A stretch of 7,622 bases of DNA from a virus (taxonomy: Duplodnaviria; Heunggongvirae; Uroviricota; Caudoviricetes), in IMG/VR virus record IMGVR_UViG_2690316142_000009. One strand, written 5' to 3'. The notes under the pieces are model-generated. The model was not told the DNA's origin. It did not search any database and saw nothing but the letters and a program-made list of their open reading frames with translations. The first letter of the stretch is position 1; each line of letters opens with the position of its first letter. This document shows, in pieces, positions 6,057-7,622 of the stretch. The translations under genes and the position numbers were made by a program.

Positions 6057-6656
6057 ATGGCGCATATACAACTGATCAAACAAACCTCTTCCGGATTACT
6101 TCTCCCGGCGACGCCGGAGAGTTGCGATTTTCTGCATCAAATCAAAACAGGTGAGTGGATACACGCAGACTTTAAGCGTGTGCGTAACTACGCATTCCAC
6201 AAGCGTTTTTTCAAACTCCTGCAACTGGGATTCGATTACTGGACTCCGGTCGGTGGGGCGATCACGCCTCGCGAACGAGAACTGCTGTCTGGTTTCGTTG
6301 ATTACCTGTGCGAATCAGTAGGTCGGGAACATACGCCAGCTCTGAGCGAAGCCGCAGAGCAATATCTGAATACAGTTGCGACACGCAGAACCCGGGATAC
6401 GGCATTGCTAAAGTCGTTTGAGGCTTTTCGCGAGTGGGTAACCATTCAGGCTGGATTTTACACCGAACATTTTTATCCGGACGGTAGCCGCGGGCGTCGG
6501 GCAAAATCCATCGCTTTTGCGAATATGGACGAAACCGAGTTTCAGCAGGTTTATAAATCTGTTCTGAATGTGCTGTGGAACTGGATTCTGTTCCGTAAAT
6601 TTTCCTCTCCGGAACAAGTCGAAAATGTGGCCGCGCAGCTGCTGGAGTTTGCGTAA
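6057..6656 (+). CDS. DUF1367-like nin-region protein (199 aa), intact copy
   Basis: GGAGA SD 7 nt upstream of the ATG. Stop overlaps the next start (TAATG). N-terminal 105 codons duplicated at 4108-4424. Family label from memory of nin-region proteins (YbcN-like), not verified. Confidence 0.7.
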   Translation: MAHIQLIKQTSSGLLLPATPESCDFLHQIKTGEWIHADFKRVRNYAFHKRFFKLLQLGFDYWTPVGGAITPRERELLSGFVDYLCESVGREHTPALSEAAEQYLNTVATRRTRDTALLKSFEAFREWVTIQAGFYTEHFYPDGSRGRRAKSIAFANMDETEFQQVYKSVLNVLWNWILFRKFSSPEQVENVAAQLLEFA

Positions 6657-6946
6657 TGGTGGATTTACGTAAAGCGGCGCGGGGGCAGATGTGCACCGTC
6701 AGAATTCCTGGCTACTGCAATCACGATCCGGAAACGTCTGTGCTGGCGCATTACCGACTGGCGGGAACGTGCGGAACAGCGATAAAGCCACACGATATGC
6801 AGGCAGCGATTGCCTGTAGCTCGTGCCACGATTTAATCGACGGGCGGGTAAAAACCAGCGATTACACCAAAGAAGAATTACGCCTGATGCATGCAGAAGG
6901 TGTTTTTCGCACACAAGAAATCTGGAGAAAGGAGGGATATTTATGA
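6656..6946 (+). CDS. DUF1364 / YbcO-like Cys-rich nin-region protein (96 aa), putative metal-binding nuclease-like protein
   Basis: 96 aa with Cys clusters (CTVRIPGYC, CSSCHDLIDG). Same length and position as YbcO in DLP12-type nin regions. Translationally coupled on both sides (TAATG upstream, ATGA downstream). Confidence 0.6.
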   Translation: MVDLRKAARGQMCTVRIPGYCNHDPETSVLAHYRLAGTCGTAIKPHDMQAAIACSSCHDLIDGRVKTSDYTKEELRLMHAEGVFRTQEIWRKEGYL

Positions 6947-7497
6947 TTTACCCAACGAATACAGGAAAAAGCGGAGAACACCTTCGTCTCACCACGCTGG
7001 AAAGTGTCTGGATTCAGGGAAAACTACGTATGTGGGGGCGCTGGTCGTATATTGGTGGCGGTAAGACGGGGAATATGTTTAACCTGATGTTGACCTCTAA
7101 AAAGCTGACAAAAACGGCAATTAACGAGGCGCTCCGGAGGATGAAAAAAGCAGGTCTGAACAAGTCTGAACTTGAGGCTTTTTTGCGGGATATGATTAAC
7201 GGTAAGCAAAAGAGCTGGCTGGCGCATTGTACTGATGCAGAGGCGTTATGTATTGATCGGGTCATAAGTGAGGTGCTGGCAGAGCATCCAGGATTGATTA
7301 GCGTCCTTCGGCAACGGTATGAGGGGCGGGGGATGACCAAACGCAAAATGGCTGAACTGCTGAATGATGCACACCCGAAATGGAGTTTAAGAACCTGTGA
7401 AAGACGCATTGAGCATTGGCTAAAGGTGGCAGAATTTATTTTGTACAAACCAATGGTTATGGCTTTTGGTATAGAGAAAAAAGTTATTGCTTTTTGA
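6943..7497 (+). CDS. Putative late-gene antiterminator Q-like protein (184 aa from ATG 6943)
   Basis: Strong SD AAGGAGGG 6 nt upstream of ATG 6943, which overlaps the upstream stop. Last gene before a promoter-like TTGACG and a strong intrinsic terminator, the canonical Q / pR' / tR' arrangement. Assignment rests mainly on position; the ORF-track entry 6823-7497 is an upstream extension overlapping the previous gene. Confidence 0.5.
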   Translation: MIYPTNTGKSGEHLRLTTLESVWIQGKLRMWGRWSYIGGGKTGNMFNLMLTSKKLTKTAINEALRRMKKAGLNKSELEAFLRDMINGKQKSWLAHCTDAEALCIDRVISEVLAEHPGLISVLRQRYEGRGMTKRKMAELLNDAHPKWSLRTCERRIEHWLKVAEFILYKPMVMAFGIEKKVIAF

Positions 7498-7574
7498 CGT
7501 AAAAACTGCTTCAATTCTTGTACGCTTCGCAAAGCTGTACCGCGAGGCGAATAGCAGACATGGACATTTGAAAG

Positions 7575-7599
7575 AGCCCGCTTTATGCGGGTTTTTTTA
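7575..7599 (+). terminator. Rho-independent terminator (candidate tR' of the late-operon leader)
   Basis: Stem AGCCCGC (7575-7581), loop TTTAT, stem GCGGGTT (7587-7593), then a T7 run (7592-7598). About 80 nt downstream of the Q-like stop. Confidence 0.65.
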
Positions 7600-7622
7600 T
7601 ACCTGAAAAACGGCACAGGACG

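Noticed and set aside
5927-6154. Plus ORF 5927-6154 (75 aa)
   Set aside because: Overlaps the end of the 70-aa ORF and the start of the DUF1367 gene in another frame; the DUF1367 start has a proper SD, this one does not.
6262-6914. Minus-strand ORFs 6262-6696, 6408-6617 and 6699-6914
   Set aside because: Antisense to the DUF1367 and YbcO-like genes, which are supported by duplication, coupling and SDs.
7014-7616. Minus-strand ORF 7014-7616 (200 aa) and 7024-7227
   Set aside because: Antisense to the Q-like gene and runs through the terminator hairpin; no SD; low-complexity translation.
1-7622. CRISPR arrays, tRNA or rRNA genes, integrase or attachment sites
   Set aside because: No regularly spaced repeats, no tRNA-like cloverleaf candidates and no integrase-like ORF were seen in this window.

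Overview
This window reads as the early-right / nin region of a defective lambdoid prophage in an Escherichia/Shigella-type genome. All calls are from reading the sequence and the supplied ORF track; no database search or folding was run, so every family assignment is from recalled motifs and gene order. Phage genes all run on the + strand: a degraded replication-initiator remnant (35-711), a DnaC-like helicase loader (718-1464), a wHTH protein (1479-1901), a Zn-ribbon protein (1959-2315), a QueH-like Fe-S protein (2463-3149), a complete hok/sok type I toxin-antitoxin locus (about 3205-3659), then two diverged copies of a two-gene module (small AT-rich ORF + DUF1367-like gene; 3782-4424 and 5773-6656), a YbcO-like Cys-rich gene (6656-6946), a Q-like antiterminator (6943-7497) and a strong intrinsic terminator (7575-7599). 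A 1254-bp IS3-family insertion sequence (4425-5678, minus orientation, orfA/orfB with a verified -1 frameshift site) truncates the first DUF1367 copy. An identical 34-bp IS end at 1-34 shows a second copy abutting the window, so the 4.4-kb segment 35-4424 is bracketed by direct IS copies. The most interesting candidates for something undescribed are the duplicated small-ORF + DUF1367 module, the prophage-borne QueH-like gene, and the wHTH / Zn-ribbon pair. No CRISPR array, tRNA or rRNA was seen.
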